Source of the DNA: Candidatus Latescibacterota bacterium
GTDB taxonomy: Bacteria > Latescibacterota > UBA2968 > UBA8231
Direction of reading: 5' to 3'
NCBI GenBank assembly: GCA_965203355.1
Contig: OZ241889.1
Coordinates: 512,001-576,000, forward strand
DNA: 64,000 nt
The translations under genes were made by a program, and so were the position numbers. Of the stretch, positions 29,691 through 38,813 are shown piece after piece (position 1 is the stretch's first letter; every line of letters begins with the position of its first letter). The notes beneath the pieces were generated by a model that worked only from the letters and a program-made list of their open reading frames with translations, did no database searches and was not told where the DNA came from.

Positions 29691-31019
29691 ATGCAAAAAA
29701 TGCGAAGCCTTATCTACACACTCTTACTTCTGTCGGCCAGCAGTGCCCACGCTCAGACCGTCTATCGCGTCCACCTCAAGCTAGAGGGCATGATCGACCC
29801 CGGCGTGGCGGCCTTTGTCGAGCGCGTGATCGCCGATGCCGACGAGGCCGCAGCCGACGCGATCGTCTTTGAGATCGACACCTTTGGCGGGCGCGTCGAT
29901 GCGGCCACCGTGATCCGCGACGCCATTCTCGACGCTGAAACCCTGACCATCGCCTTTATCAATAAGCGGGCCATTTCGGCTGGAGCGCTCATCTCGCTGG
30001 CCTGCGACAAAATCGTCATGACGCAAGCATCGACCATGGGTGCAACCACCCCGGTCGATGCCACGGGCACCAAAGCTAGCGACAAAATAACTTCTTATAT
30101 GCGCGCCGAAATGCGGGCTACGGCCGAGCGCACCGGCCGCGACGTCAAGATCGCCGAGGCCATGGTCGACGAGCGCGTTGATGTGCCGGGCCTGAGTGCC
30201 GAAGCCGGCCGGCCAGCCACCCTGACCACCGAGCAGGCCCTCAACTACCAGATGGCCGACGAGACGGCCGAGACGCTAGTCGAGCTGTTGCGCATCTACG
30301 ATTTAGACGAGGCCGAAGTCGTCGAGGTTGAACTCAACTGGACCGAGCACGTCTTGCGCCTGTTGACCCACCCGGTCGTCACTTCGATTTTGCTAGCCAT
30401 GGCCATGTTCGGCTTGATCGCCGAGGTGCGTACGCCCGGTTGGGGCTTGGGCGGCACGTTAGCGCTAGTGGCGCTGGGGCTTTTCTTCGGCAGCCACTTG
30501 ATCGTCCACTTGGCCGAATGGCAGGAGCTGGCACTCTTTGCGGTGGGCGCGACGCTTTTGGTCGTCGAGCTAGTGGCTATTCCGGGCTTTGGCATTTTGG
30601 GTGCGTTGGGTATCGGAGCGATGCTTGCGAGCGTAGTGATCACCCAGTTGGGCGATTTTCAACTGTGGAATTTCGAGGAAATCGTCTCGGTGATCGGGCG
30701 GCTCGCCGGCTCGATGATCGGCGCGTTTGTACTCTCGCTCCTCGCGCTGCGCTCCTTGCCCAAGTTCGCCGCCTTTAATCGCCTAGTACTCCACAACGAA
30801 ATCAGGGCCATCGATGGGTACACTTCCTCCTCGCGCACGACCGACGACGAGTTGTTGGGCAAGGAGGGGGTTACGGTCAGCTACCTGCGGCCTTCGGGTA
30901 TAGCCCTGTTGGGGGGCAAGCGGCTCACCGTGATCGCCGAGGGCGAATTCATCGAGGCGCAGCGGCCCATTAAAGTCGTCGAAGCCCGTGGCAGCCGAGT
31001 GGTGGTGAAGGCGCTATGA
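29691..31019 (+). CDS. nfeD: Long-form NfeD (ClpP-like domain, TM region, OB fold)
   Basis: IDTFGGRVDAA, AISAGALI, AEAMVD, TM block, LRPSG...AEGEFI. Confidence 0.9.
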   Translation: MQKMRSLIYTLLLLSASSAHAQTVYRVHLKLEGMIDPGVAAFVERVIADADEAAADAIVFEIDTFGGRVDAATVIRDAILDAETLTIAFINKRAISAGALISLACDKIVMTQASTMGATTPVDATGTKASDKITSYMRAEMRATAERTGRDVKIAEAMVDERVDVPGLSAEAGRPATLTTEQALNYQMADETAETLVELLRIYDLDEAEVVEVELNWTEHVLRLLTHPVVTSILLAMAMFGLIAEVRTPGWGLGGTLALVALGLFFGSHLIVHLAEWQELALFAVGATLLVVELVAIPGFGILGALGIGAMLASVVITQLGDFQLWNFEEIVSVIGRLAGSMIGAFVLSLLALRSLPKFAAFNRLVLHNEIRAIDGYTSSSRTTDDELLGKEGVTVSYLRPSGIALLGGKRLTVIAEGEFIEAQRPIKVVEARGSRVVVKAL

Positions 31020-31525
31020 GCTTTCTGGGCGGGGAAGTGTTGGAATGGGTTTATTCGCTGGCCTTGCTAGTGCTTGGCTTTGGGCTGGTGCTCTTGGAAG
31101 TTTTCGTCATCCCAGGCATCAACATCTTCGGCATCGTTGGTTTTCTGACCGCGGTCGCCGGCATTGGCTATGCCTATGTGAACATGGGCGGCTTGGCGGC
31201 TGGTGTCGTGGCGGGCTTTGGGCTGGCGGGTACCGCCATCCTAGTGCGTCTGATGCTCAAGGTCCGCGCTTGGAACCGCTTGGTGCTCAACGACGGCATG
31301 ACGCGCAAGGAAGGCTACGATTCGGTCAAGCCGGGCCGCGAGTCATTGCTCGGGCAGACGGGCGAGGCGGTTACGACGCTGCGGCCGGCGGGGCGGGCGC
31401 AATTTGGCGAACGGGTAGTCGACGTAGTCAGCGAAGGTGGCTATATTGAACGCGGTATGCAGGTTGAGGTACTGAAAGTGGCTGGCAACAGAGTCGTGGT
31501 CCAGTCCGTCCAGTCCGCGTCTTAA
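31016..31525 (+). CDS. Short NfeD family protein
   Basis: LEVFVIPG..FG, LRPAGRA, VDVVSEG. Confidence 0.85.
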   Translation: MSFLGGEVLEWVYSLALLVLGFGLVLLEVFVIPGINIFGIVGFLTAVAGIGYAYVNMGGLAAGVVAGFGLAGTAILVRLMLKVRAWNRLVLNDGMTRKEGYDSVKPGRESLLGQTGEAVTTLRPAGRAQFGERVVDVVSEGGYIERGMQVEVLKVAGNRVVVQSVQSAS

Positions 31526-31551
31526 CTCACTCCCTTCAAGGAGCTACATAA

Positions 31552-32529
31552 ATGGATGTCCTGTTTTTGGTCTTGGTGCTTTTTGGCATCATCGTCTTTT
31601 TATCGCTCTTCACCTATTTCATTCCGGTGGGGCTGTGGATTTCGGCCTACTTCGCCGGAGTCAAGGTGGGGATCTTCAAGGACTTGGTAGGTATGCGCCT
31701 GCGCAAGGTCCCGCCGAGCCAGATCGTCGGCCCCAAGATCAGCGCCACTAAAGCGGGGCTGGATGTGGGCTTGGAGAGCATGGAAGCTCACTACTTGGCC
31801 GGTGGCAACGTCAACGCGGTGATTTTGGCCCTGATTTCGGCCGACAAGGCCAACATCGACTTGAGCTTTGAGCGGGCCGCCAGCATCGACTTGGCGGGTC
31901 GCGACGTGCTCGACGCGGTCAAAGTCAGCGTCAATCCCAAGGTGATCAACACGCCCCTGATTGCGGCGATTGCCAAAGACGGCATTCAGGTCAAGGCCAC
32001 CTGTCGAGTGACCGTACGCGCCAACATCGATCGCTTGGTCGGCGGTGCCGGCGAGGAGACGATCATCGCCCGGGTCGGCGAGGGGATCGTCACCACTATC
32101 GGCTCGGCCACGACGCACAAAGAGGTGCTCGAAAATCCCGATCTGATCTCCCGGCGAGTGCTGGAAAAGGGTCTCGACTCGGAGACGGCTTTTGAGATTC
32201 TCTCGATTGACATCGCCGATGTCGATGTGGGCGAAAATATCGGCGCCAAGCTACAGACCGATCAGGCCGACGCCGACCTCAAAATCGCCCAAGCCAAGGC
32301 CGAGGAACGCCGGGCCATGGCCCAGGCACGCGAGCAGGAGATGACGGCTCAAGTCGTGGAAATGGAATCGCGCGTCAAGGAAGCCGAAGCTGAAGTGCCG
32401 CGGGCGATGGCCGAGGCCTTCCGCGAGGGCAATTTGGGTATTATGGACTACTACCGCATGCGCAATATCCAAGCTGATACGGATATGCGCGACTCAATTT
32501 CCGAAAGCGGCGAGGAACGCGACAACTAG
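31552..32529 (+). CDS. floA: Flotillin-like protein FloA (YqfA)
   Basis: [62 protein letters not shown]. Confidence 0.95.
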   Translation: MDVLFLVLVLFGIIVFLSLFTYFIPVGLWISAYFAGVKVGIFKDLVGMRLRKVPPSQIVGPKISATKAGLDVGLESMEAHYLAGGNVNAVILALISADKANIDLSFERAASIDLAGRDVLDAVKVSVNPKVINTPLIAAIAKDGIQVKATCRVTVRANIDRLVGGAGEETIIARVGEGIVTTIGSATTHKEVLENPDLISRRVLEKGLDSETAFEILSIDIADVDVGENIGAKLQTDQADADLKIAQAKAEERRAMAQAREQEMTAQVVEMESRVKEAEAEVPRAMAEAFREGNLGIMDYYRMRNIQADTDMRDSISESGEERDN

Positions 32530-32532
32530 GCC

Positions 32533-33030
32533 ATGGAACTTCTAATCTTTCTCCTCGCCATCCTGTTCAGCGTGTTTTCGGCGCTGATGGAGCGTCGCAA
32601 GCGCCGCAGACAGGTCGAAGAGGCCCAACGGCAGCACGACGAGATCGAACAACAACAGCACACCGAAGGCCGTCCGGCTGCGCCCGTTGTCGTCGAGGAG
32701 GAGAAGGAAGAAGAGCCGTCCTTTGGCTGGCCTTTTGACGGCGATCCCTTTGAGGAGCCGGTACTCGCCGAAGTCGATCCGGGCGAGGCTGAGCGGCAGG
32801 CACTAGCAGCCGAGCGGGAGGCGCTAGCGGCCGAGCGACGCGCTGTGGCGGCTGAGCAACTAACGCTGGAGCGGCAGGCGGCGGCCAAGCCCCAAACAGC
32901 CGAGAAGCAGCAGCCTCGTCGCTCCCGGAGGCGTTGGTTCCTCACGCCTCGGACGGCACGCGACGCGATCGTCTATATGGAAATACTCGGCAAGCCGAAG
33001 AGCGAACGAGAGGAGTGGTCCACGGTATAG
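32533..33030 (+). CDS. Hypothetical protein, last gene of the floA operon
   Basis: N-terminal TM, acidic/coiled middle, C-terminal RDAIVYMEILGKP. Confidence 0.75.
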   Translation: MELLIFLLAILFSVFSALMERRKRRRQVEEAQRQHDEIEQQQHTEGRPAAPVVVEEEKEEEPSFGWPFDGDPFEEPVLAEVDPGEAERQALAAEREALAAERRAVAAEQLTLERQAAAKPQTAEKQQPRRSRRRWFLTPRTARDAIVYMEILGKPKSEREEWSTV

Positions 33031-33116
33031 CCGGAGTGGCGGAATTGGTAGACGCGCTGGATTCAAAATCCTGTATCCGCAAGGGTGTGTGGGTTCGAGT
33101 CCCACCTCCGGCACCA
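33030..33116 (+). tRNA. tRNA-Leu(CAA)
   Basis: GCCGGAG/CTCCGGC acceptor stem, GGCGGAATTGGTAGACGC D arm, loop TTCAAAA, long variable arm, GTTCGAGTC T arm, encoded CCA. Confidence 0.97.
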
Positions 33117-33131
33117 TTTTTTCCATTGCAC

Positions 33132-33163
33132 GCTAGCGATGCGAAGCCGCTCGCATCGCTAGC
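33132..33163. terminator. Perfect 13-bp stem hairpin just downstream of the tRNA
   Basis: GCTAGCGATGCGA-agccgc-TCGCATCGCTAGC; no U-tract after it, so the terminator role is uncertain. Confidence 0.5.
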
Positions 33164-33278
33164 ACCCTATGAGCCGCGCCATTTTGCCTTCCTGTTCTTC
33201 TCCCCTGTCTGTCGAAAGCCCAATCAACTTCTCCCCGTCTTTCGCACACATCTAAGTCCCGAAAGGAGATAAACCACT

Positions 33279-33446
33279 GTGACATCTCCGGAGATAAGGC
33301 GTCTCTTCGACATAATCTCGATACTCGTCCTAGTGATTGTAGTGCCGGCTTACCTCTTCTACCGCCTAGGACTCATTCTACTGATTGCAGTCCCGACAGC
33401 GTACCTCTTCTGCCGCCTAAGAACCGAACGCACGCTACGCCGCTAG
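33279..33446 (+). CDS. Unannotated 55-aa small membrane protein with internal duplication
   Basis: GAAAGGAG RBS, GTG start; MTSPEIRRLFDIISILVLVIVVPAYLFYRLGLILLIAVPTAYLFCRLRTERTLRR. Confidence 0.55.
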   Translation: MTSPEIRRLFDIISILVLVIVVPAYLFYRLGLILLIAVPTAYLFCRLRTERTLRR

Positions 33447-33571
33447 GCGGTCTTAGAGCGGCGGCTGTCTCGAGCAGTACACCGCCCCGGCGGCAGGGAA
33501 GCACACCCCGGCGACCGGATCTGGGCCGACGAGCAGATTCCGTATCGCTAACAAAAGCAGGAGACCGGGCG

Positions 33572-34318
33572 ATGGACCAAGCCGACCGCGACTTTTTTGC
33601 TACAAACGGCTATCTCAACTTAGGGCAATGGCTCGACAACGACGATGTGCAGTACTTCCGCACTATGTTCGATGGGGATATGAAAAGGTATCCCTACTTT
33701 TGGCACCCCTACGGCTACCACCAGCACACCAACTACGAGGCGTTGATCACCTCGCCGCAGTTCGACGAATTGATCCGCCACCCAAAGATATACCCGACGA
33801 TCGAGGCACTGATGGGCGGGCCGCTCTGCTTTGGCGAGATCGGGCTGCGGCTGATGCGGGCCTACGACGGCCCATTGCACCAAGGTTGGCACCGCGACAG
33901 GCCGCATTGGGACGAGCATCCGTTCCGCATGGACTACATCCAGCTCATGGTCTATCTGTCCGATGTGGACGAGGGGACGCATTGTTTTTCGCTGTCCCCG
34001 GAGTCGGTAAGCCAGCCAGTGCTCGACGATAAGGAAGCACAGCTCAAGCGGGGCGGCGAGTACCACTTGCATGGGCCAGCCGGGACCTGCGCGCTGTTTA
34101 ACGTGGCCGTACTACACACAGCGACAACCCGGCCCACGCAAGCCGAGCGGCGGACCGTGCAGATTTACTACGGGCATCGCAATCGGACGCCGCTGGCGAA
34201 TGATTCGAGCATTCCGGCGGCGTTTTGGCGGGATAGCAAGAATGCAGAGACGCGGGCTTTCTACGGCGTTTTGAACGAGCGAACCAAGGTGTATTTGGCG
34301 GCATTTCCCGGAGCTTGA
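33572..34318 (+). CDS. PhyH family Fe/2OG dioxygenase
   Basis: FFATNGYL, GWHRD (HxD), MVYLSDV, GPAG, LHTA. Confidence 0.85.
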   Translation: MDQADRDFFATNGYLNLGQWLDNDDVQYFRTMFDGDMKRYPYFWHPYGYHQHTNYEALITSPQFDELIRHPKIYPTIEALMGGPLCFGEIGLRLMRAYDGPLHQGWHRDRPHWDEHPFRMDYIQLMVYLSDVDEGTHCFSLSPESVSQPVLDDKEAQLKRGGEYHLHGPAGTCALFNVAVLHTATTRPTQAERRTVQIYYGHRNRTPLANDSSIPAAFWRDSKNAETRAFYGVLNERTKVYLAAFPGA

Positions 34319-34348
34319 CCCATTCTCTTTCTTTAGGGCGGAGAGATT

Positions 34349-35527
34349 TTGCACACACCTCTGTTGAACATCGCCCCCACTGATCTGATAGACATTGCAG
34401 TCGTCGCGTTGCTGCTTTGGGGTTTAGTGGTCTGGACCCGCCGAGCGCGAATGGCCCTATTCGGTTTGGCTTTTTTAGGCATCTTCTACCACCTAATAGC
34501 GCAGCAATTCAAGTTGCAGATAACAACTTGGATCTTCCAAGGCTTTTTCGCGGCGTTAGTGGTGGTGGTAGTGGTGGTGTTCCAAGACGATTTGCGCCGG
34601 CTCTTTGAGCAGATCGCCACGCTCAGTCTGCGCCGCAAGGCTCCACGCCCGGATCCTTCCAGCTTGGCAACGCTGACTAGGGGATTGTATCAGTTGGCCG
34701 CGAAAAGACGCGGCGCCTTGGTGGTCCTGCCGGGGCGCGAACCGATAGAGCGGCACTTTTTGCAGCATGGGGTCCCTTTGGACGCGGAGATCAGCGAAGA
34801 GCTTCTCGACAGCCTTTTCGACCCCGGTTCGGCTGGGCACGACGGCGCACTGGTGATGCAGAATAATAGGATCAAGGTGTTTGGCGTACATTTGCCGCTT
34901 TCCGAGAATGGGGATGAATTGAAGGGAGGCGGTACGCGGCATGCGGCCGCGCTAGGCCTAGCCGAACGCAGCGATGCCCTGTGTCTGGTCGTATCAGAGG
35001 AGCGCGGCACCATCGGGATTGCCGTGCGAGGGCGGCTTGAGATGCTGGGCAATCCTACCGAACCTATCAAACCGGGCGATTTGCGGGACCAAATCCAAGA
35101 CCACTTAGCGCATACGGGGACCCAAGTGAAGGACCACCGGGTCGAGTGGCGCTGGTTGGGGCGGCGCTTGGTGGAAGGTCTTTTGTCCTTGGCCTTGGCC
35201 TTGGGTGCGTGGCTGATCTTTGTGCCGGTCGAGAAGGCGGTCCTCCAAGTGCGAGTAGAAGCGGAGAACGTGCCCGAAGGATATGCGCTAACGGCCATCA
35301 GCCCCCAAGAGGTAGAGGTAGAGGTAGCCGGTCCGCGGCGGGCCATGTTGTTGGCGAGCAATGCGGATTTCCAGGTCGTCATTGACGCCGATCTCGTCCG
35401 ACTGCAACGGCGGACCTTTGAGGTATCCGTCCAGTCCGTGCGCCATGCAACCGGGTTGGAGATCAAAAGCATCAAGCCAGACAAGGTGAAACTAACCGTG
35501 CAGCAAGCGCGAGGAGGAGCGCGATGA
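34349..35527 (+). CDS. Diadenylate cyclase (CdaA/DacA type) fused to a C-terminal YbbR-like domain
   Basis: 3 N-terminal TMs, FQDDLRR, GALVV, HDGA, GTRHAAA, VVSEERG; further TM, then NVPEGY...EVEVAGPR. Confidence 0.85.
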   Translation: MHTPLLNIAPTDLIDIAVVALLLWGLVVWTRRARMALFGLAFLGIFYHLIAQQFKLQITTWIFQGFFAALVVVVVVVFQDDLRRLFEQIATLSLRRKAPRPDPSSLATLTRGLYQLAAKRRGALVVLPGREPIERHFLQHGVPLDAEISEELLDSLFDPGSAGHDGALVMQNNRIKVFGVHLPLSENGDELKGGGTRHAAALGLAERSDALCLVVSEERGTIGIAVRGRLEMLGNPTEPIKPGDLRDQIQDHLAHTGTQVKDHRVEWRWLGRRLVEGLLSLALALGAWLIFVPVEKAVLQVRVEAENVPEGYALTAISPQEVEVEVAGPRRAMLLASNADFQVVIDADLVRLQRRTFEVSVQSVRHATGLEIKSIKPDKVKLTVQQARGGAR

Positions 35528-35805
35528 AAATCGCCTTGCACGACAGCGGCGAAGAACACTTGCAGCTCGTGCGCCAACTAGGCGTCGAGTACGTGGGGCC
35601 GGGGAAATCCAAGGTCCTAGCGGTGGCCGACCTCGTGCAGAAAAAGGAATACTACGCCGAGCGCGGCCCGAGCTGGGACGCGAGCGAAAATCTACTACAA
35701 GGCTCTGCCCGCATGGCAGCGGGTGGGGTTTGCCGGACCGCTGTGCCCGACACCGGCCTGCGACTTGGGGGCACTACAACTGTGAGAGGAGCCGCATGGC
35801 ACTGA
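35524..35805 (+). pseudogene. Probable N-terminal remnant of a mannonate dehydratase-like gene
   Basis: GGAGGAG RBS; MKIAL...EEHLQLVRQLGVEYV resembles UxuA-type N-termini, then the sequence degenerates. Confidence 0.4.
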
Positions 35806-36530
35806 GCGAGCAACAGATCGCGTTTTTTAAGCAACAAGGGTATTTGATCATAGAAAACTTCATCGCGCCGGAGCAGATAGCCAGCTGGCGCGGGCAGTTC
35901 TGGAATCACGTAGAGGCCGATCCAGCAAACCCGGCGAGTTGGCCCAATAGCTATGCGATCGACGGGTTTGCGGTTGAACCTGCCTTTGGGCAGCTTCCGC
36001 AGATGCAGGCCGTGGTCGAGACGCTGGGCGGCGGAAAATTTAGCGGCGGCGGCGGATCCATGCTGGTGCAGTGGCCGCGCTTGGGGGAGGCGTGGGACTG
36101 GCCGAGCCAAGGGCATATCGACGGCTACGGGCCGGGGGGTTGGAGCGGCGGTTTTATGCTGGGGGCAACGGCCTATCTCGACGATGTGGAAGCAGACGGC
36201 GGGGCCTTTGTTTACTGGCCCCAAAGCCATCTGCCAACCCACGCGTACTTCCGCGCGCATCCCACCCATATCGACGGCAGTTTCCGCGACCGCAAGAATT
36301 GGGAGCCGCGCCAATGGGGGTTGTTTTCAGACCGTTCGCCTCAAGGGCCGGAGCAATTTGTGGCGCGAGCCGGGGACGTAATTTTCTGGCACTGCTTTCT
36401 GTGCCACACTGGCTCGGCCAATATCCGCCCTAAGCCGCGGCTAGGGCTTTTCGCCCGCTGGCACTATGCCGAACGCGAAGCCATGCGCTACGAGGTGCCG
36501 GAGGACCTGTGGAAGTATTGGGCGATCTAG
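35796..36530 (+). CDS. PhyH family Fe/2OG dioxygenase
   Basis: MALSEQQIAFFKQQGYL, GHID (HxD), WPQSH, RAGDVIFWH, CHTG. Confidence 0.88.
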   Translation: MALSEQQIAFFKQQGYLIIENFIAPEQIASWRGQFWNHVEADPANPASWPNSYAIDGFAVEPAFGQLPQMQAVVETLGGGKFSGGGGSMLVQWPRLGEAWDWPSQGHIDGYGPGGWSGGFMLGATAYLDDVEADGGAFVYWPQSHLPTHAYFRAHPTHIDGSFRDRKNWEPRQWGLFSDRSPQGPEQFVARAGDVIFWHCFLCHTGSANIRPKPRLGLFARWHYAEREAMRYEVPEDLWKYWAI

Positions 36531-36636
36531 CAGTTCAGCCACCGGCAAAATTTGCCCGTTTCGACAAAATCGTCTAACTTGTACGGTTTTGTAACATTAT
36601 GCCCGTTACCATTCACCTGCATCCTCGGGAGCTACA

Positions 36637-36885
36637 ATGGCCAAGTCGATGTTTTCTCGGGAAGTCGCCCTCAAGCTAGAAGGCGAAATCAACGCCTTTC
36701 GAGCCTGCCGCAGCCTGTCGCAACGCGCGCGAGACATTAACACAGAGCGCAAGCGGAGAGAAGCCGAAGGCGAAATTTCTGAGGAAGAGTCGCCCAATTC
36801 GTCGGCCGGTGCCATGCTGGATTTTGCCGAGGGGCGCATTACCCTCGCGTCAGAAGAGAGTGTGGACTTAGACGTCCACCGCTAG
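36637..36885 (+). CDS. rpoZ: RNA polymerase omega subunit-like protein
   Basis: 82 aa; NAFRACRSLSQRARDIN...AMLDFAEGRI follows the RpoZ pattern (RARQI...ALxExxxGKI). Confidence 0.55.
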   Translation: MAKSMFSREVALKLEGEINAFRACRSLSQRARDINTERKRREAEGEISEEESPNSSAGAMLDFAEGRITLASEESVDLDVHR

Positions 36886-36991
36886 CGACAGCCCATCTGG
36901 CCCGTCGCCAACGAAAAAGCCAACACATAGCCGTCGCGCCTGACTGGGAAGAGCTGGGGCGGGACTGCGTACTCGGCGGAAAGGAGGCGTC

Positions 36992-37930
36992 ATGGGCGTA
37001 AAAAAAAATTGCTGTCCCCGCCGCCGCTGGGGCAAGACCGAACTCTCCATACCCGTAATCCCATTTGGGACGCAGGGCTTTGGCGGCCATTTCGGGCCGG
37101 TTGGCGACGAAGAGGCCATGGCCCTGATGCGCCAGGCCGTTGACTTGGGCGTCAATCACTTCGACTGCGCTCGTTGCTACGGCGACTCGCTGCGCAAGCT
37201 GGGCCGTGCGATCAAGGAAGGCGTCATCGCCCGCTGCGAGATCATCATCAGCGGGCGCGTCTGCTGCCACAGCGCTGCTGAATGGGGCGGCTACGGCGAG
37301 GGGCGGCCCGACTACTCGGCGGCGCGGGTCTTGGCCGATGCCGAAGACCAGCTAGCGATTTTGGGGATCGAAAAATTCGACGTGCTCTTCCTCCACGATC
37401 CGCCCGAGATAGAACCAACCCTTGAGACGAACGGCGCACTCGAAGGGCTGGAACAGGTGCGCCAGCGGGGTGCCGTGGATTTCATCGGCTATGGCATGCA
37501 CCCCCACGACTTTCACCTCGCGCACATTGCGTCAGGCCGCACCGACGCGATGCTGTGCTTCAGCGACTACAACTTGCTCCGGCAGAGTGCTGCCGACGCC
37601 ATTCTGCCAGCCGCCGCCGCCGCGGACCTCGGAGTGCTCAACGGCTGGTCGATCATGCGAGGCTGGCTGACCGGCGTACCCGTGGAGCACTTTGTACCCC
37701 GCGATAAGTGGGGCGAAGACCAGCATCGGGCCGAGGCCATGCGCTTATGGTGCAACGAGCAGGGCATCGACATGTTGGAACTGGCGTTGCAATTTTGCCT
37801 GCGCGAGGAGCGGATCCACGGCAACCCCATCGGCGCGCTGAACGTCGAGCAGCTAGAGCGGAACGTCGCGGCCGCCATGGCGACCGTCTCCGACGAAACA
37901 ATCGCCGCTTTTGTCGCCGCAGGACGCTAG
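36992..37930 (+). CDS. Aldo/keto reductase
   Basis: RRRWGKTEL, GVNHFDCARCYG, DVLFLHDP, LALQF. Confidence 0.9.
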   Translation: MGVKKNCCPRRRWGKTELSIPVIPFGTQGFGGHFGPVGDEEAMALMRQAVDLGVNHFDCARCYGDSLRKLGRAIKEGVIARCEIIISGRVCCHSAAEWGGYGEGRPDYSAARVLADAEDQLAILGIEKFDVLFLHDPPEIEPTLETNGALEGLEQVRQRGAVDFIGYGMHPHDFHLAHIASGRTDAMLCFSDYNLLRQSAADAILPAAAAADLGVLNGWSIMRGWLTGVPVEHFVPRDKWGEDQHRAEAMRLWCNEQGIDMLELALQFCLREERIHGNPIGALNVEQLERNVAAAMATVSDETIAAFVAAGR

Positions 37931-37990
37931 GGGTGTTCCGTACTTTCCGCCCGCCAAACCCTATAACTCGATTACCATCAAAGGAGGGGC

Positions 37991-38761
37991 ATGAGCGCTG
38001 CTGAAGAGTACTACGCACAGACGATGGAGCGATTGCAACGTCTGCGCGATACGCAAATGGACGCTATAGACCAAGCCGCCGAAATTTGCACCGAGAGCAT
38101 TGCCAACCGGGGGTTGGTCTTTCTTTTTGGCGCGGGGCACTCGCGCATGATGTGCGAGGAAATGACGCCGCGCCAAGGATGCTTCGTAGGCTTTTTTGCG
38201 TTGGTCGAGCTCGCGGTATCGAACCATGCGTCAACCGTCGGCACCAATGGGTTGCGCGGGCCGCTCTTTCTGGAGCAGTACGAAGGCTACGCCGAGGAGA
38301 TTCTCCAAGGGTTCAAGTTCGGGCCGCACGATGCCTTTATCTTAATTTCGACGAGTGGCATTCGGCCCTTGATCGTCGAGATGGCCATGGGGGCTAAGGC
38401 GCGGGGCTTGCCGGTGATTGCCATGCTGTCAAAGCCGCACGGCGCCCAGTCGCCGCCCGCGCACTCGTCGGGCCAGAAGCTGATGGATGTGGCCGATGTC
38501 GTTCTCGACAACCAATGTCCGCCAGGGGATTGCGTACTCGAGCTAGCGGGGTTGGAGTGGCGGACCGGGCCGGTATCGACGGTGACCGGCGCGATGATGA
38601 TGAACATGCTGCGCTGCGAAGTGGCCGCGCGACTGTTGGCGCGGGGGATCAAGCCGGAGCTATTGCCAAGCCATCAGTTTGTCGGCAATGTAAGCGCGGA
38701 AGAGCAGCTAGCGCGATTTTACGAGGGCTATCGCAAGAGCCTCAAGCATTTGTACGAGTAG
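37991..38761 (+). CDS. SIS domain sugar isomerase
   Basis: FGAGHS, ISTSG, VLDN..PGD, GPVST. Confidence 0.85.
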   Translation: MSAAEEYYAQTMERLQRLRDTQMDAIDQAAEICTESIANRGLVFLFGAGHSRMMCEEMTPRQGCFVGFFALVELAVSNHASTVGTNGLRGPLFLEQYEGYAEEILQGFKFGPHDAFILISTSGIRPLIVEMAMGAKARGLPVIAMLSKPHGAQSPPAHSSGQKLMDVADVVLDNQCPPGDCVLELAGLEWRTGPVSTVTGAMMMNMLRCEVAARLLARGIKPELLPSHQFVGNVSAEEQLARFYEGYRKSLKHLYE

Positions 38762-38813
38762 TGCTCCATTTCCGTTCCAACGCCTCATTTACAAACTCCC
38801 TTCTACCGAAACC

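Noticed and set aside
33030-33570. tRNA-Leu as the attachment site of a prophage or island
   Set aside because: No integrase follows, no duplicated tRNA 3' end was seen in the window, and downstream genes look host-like
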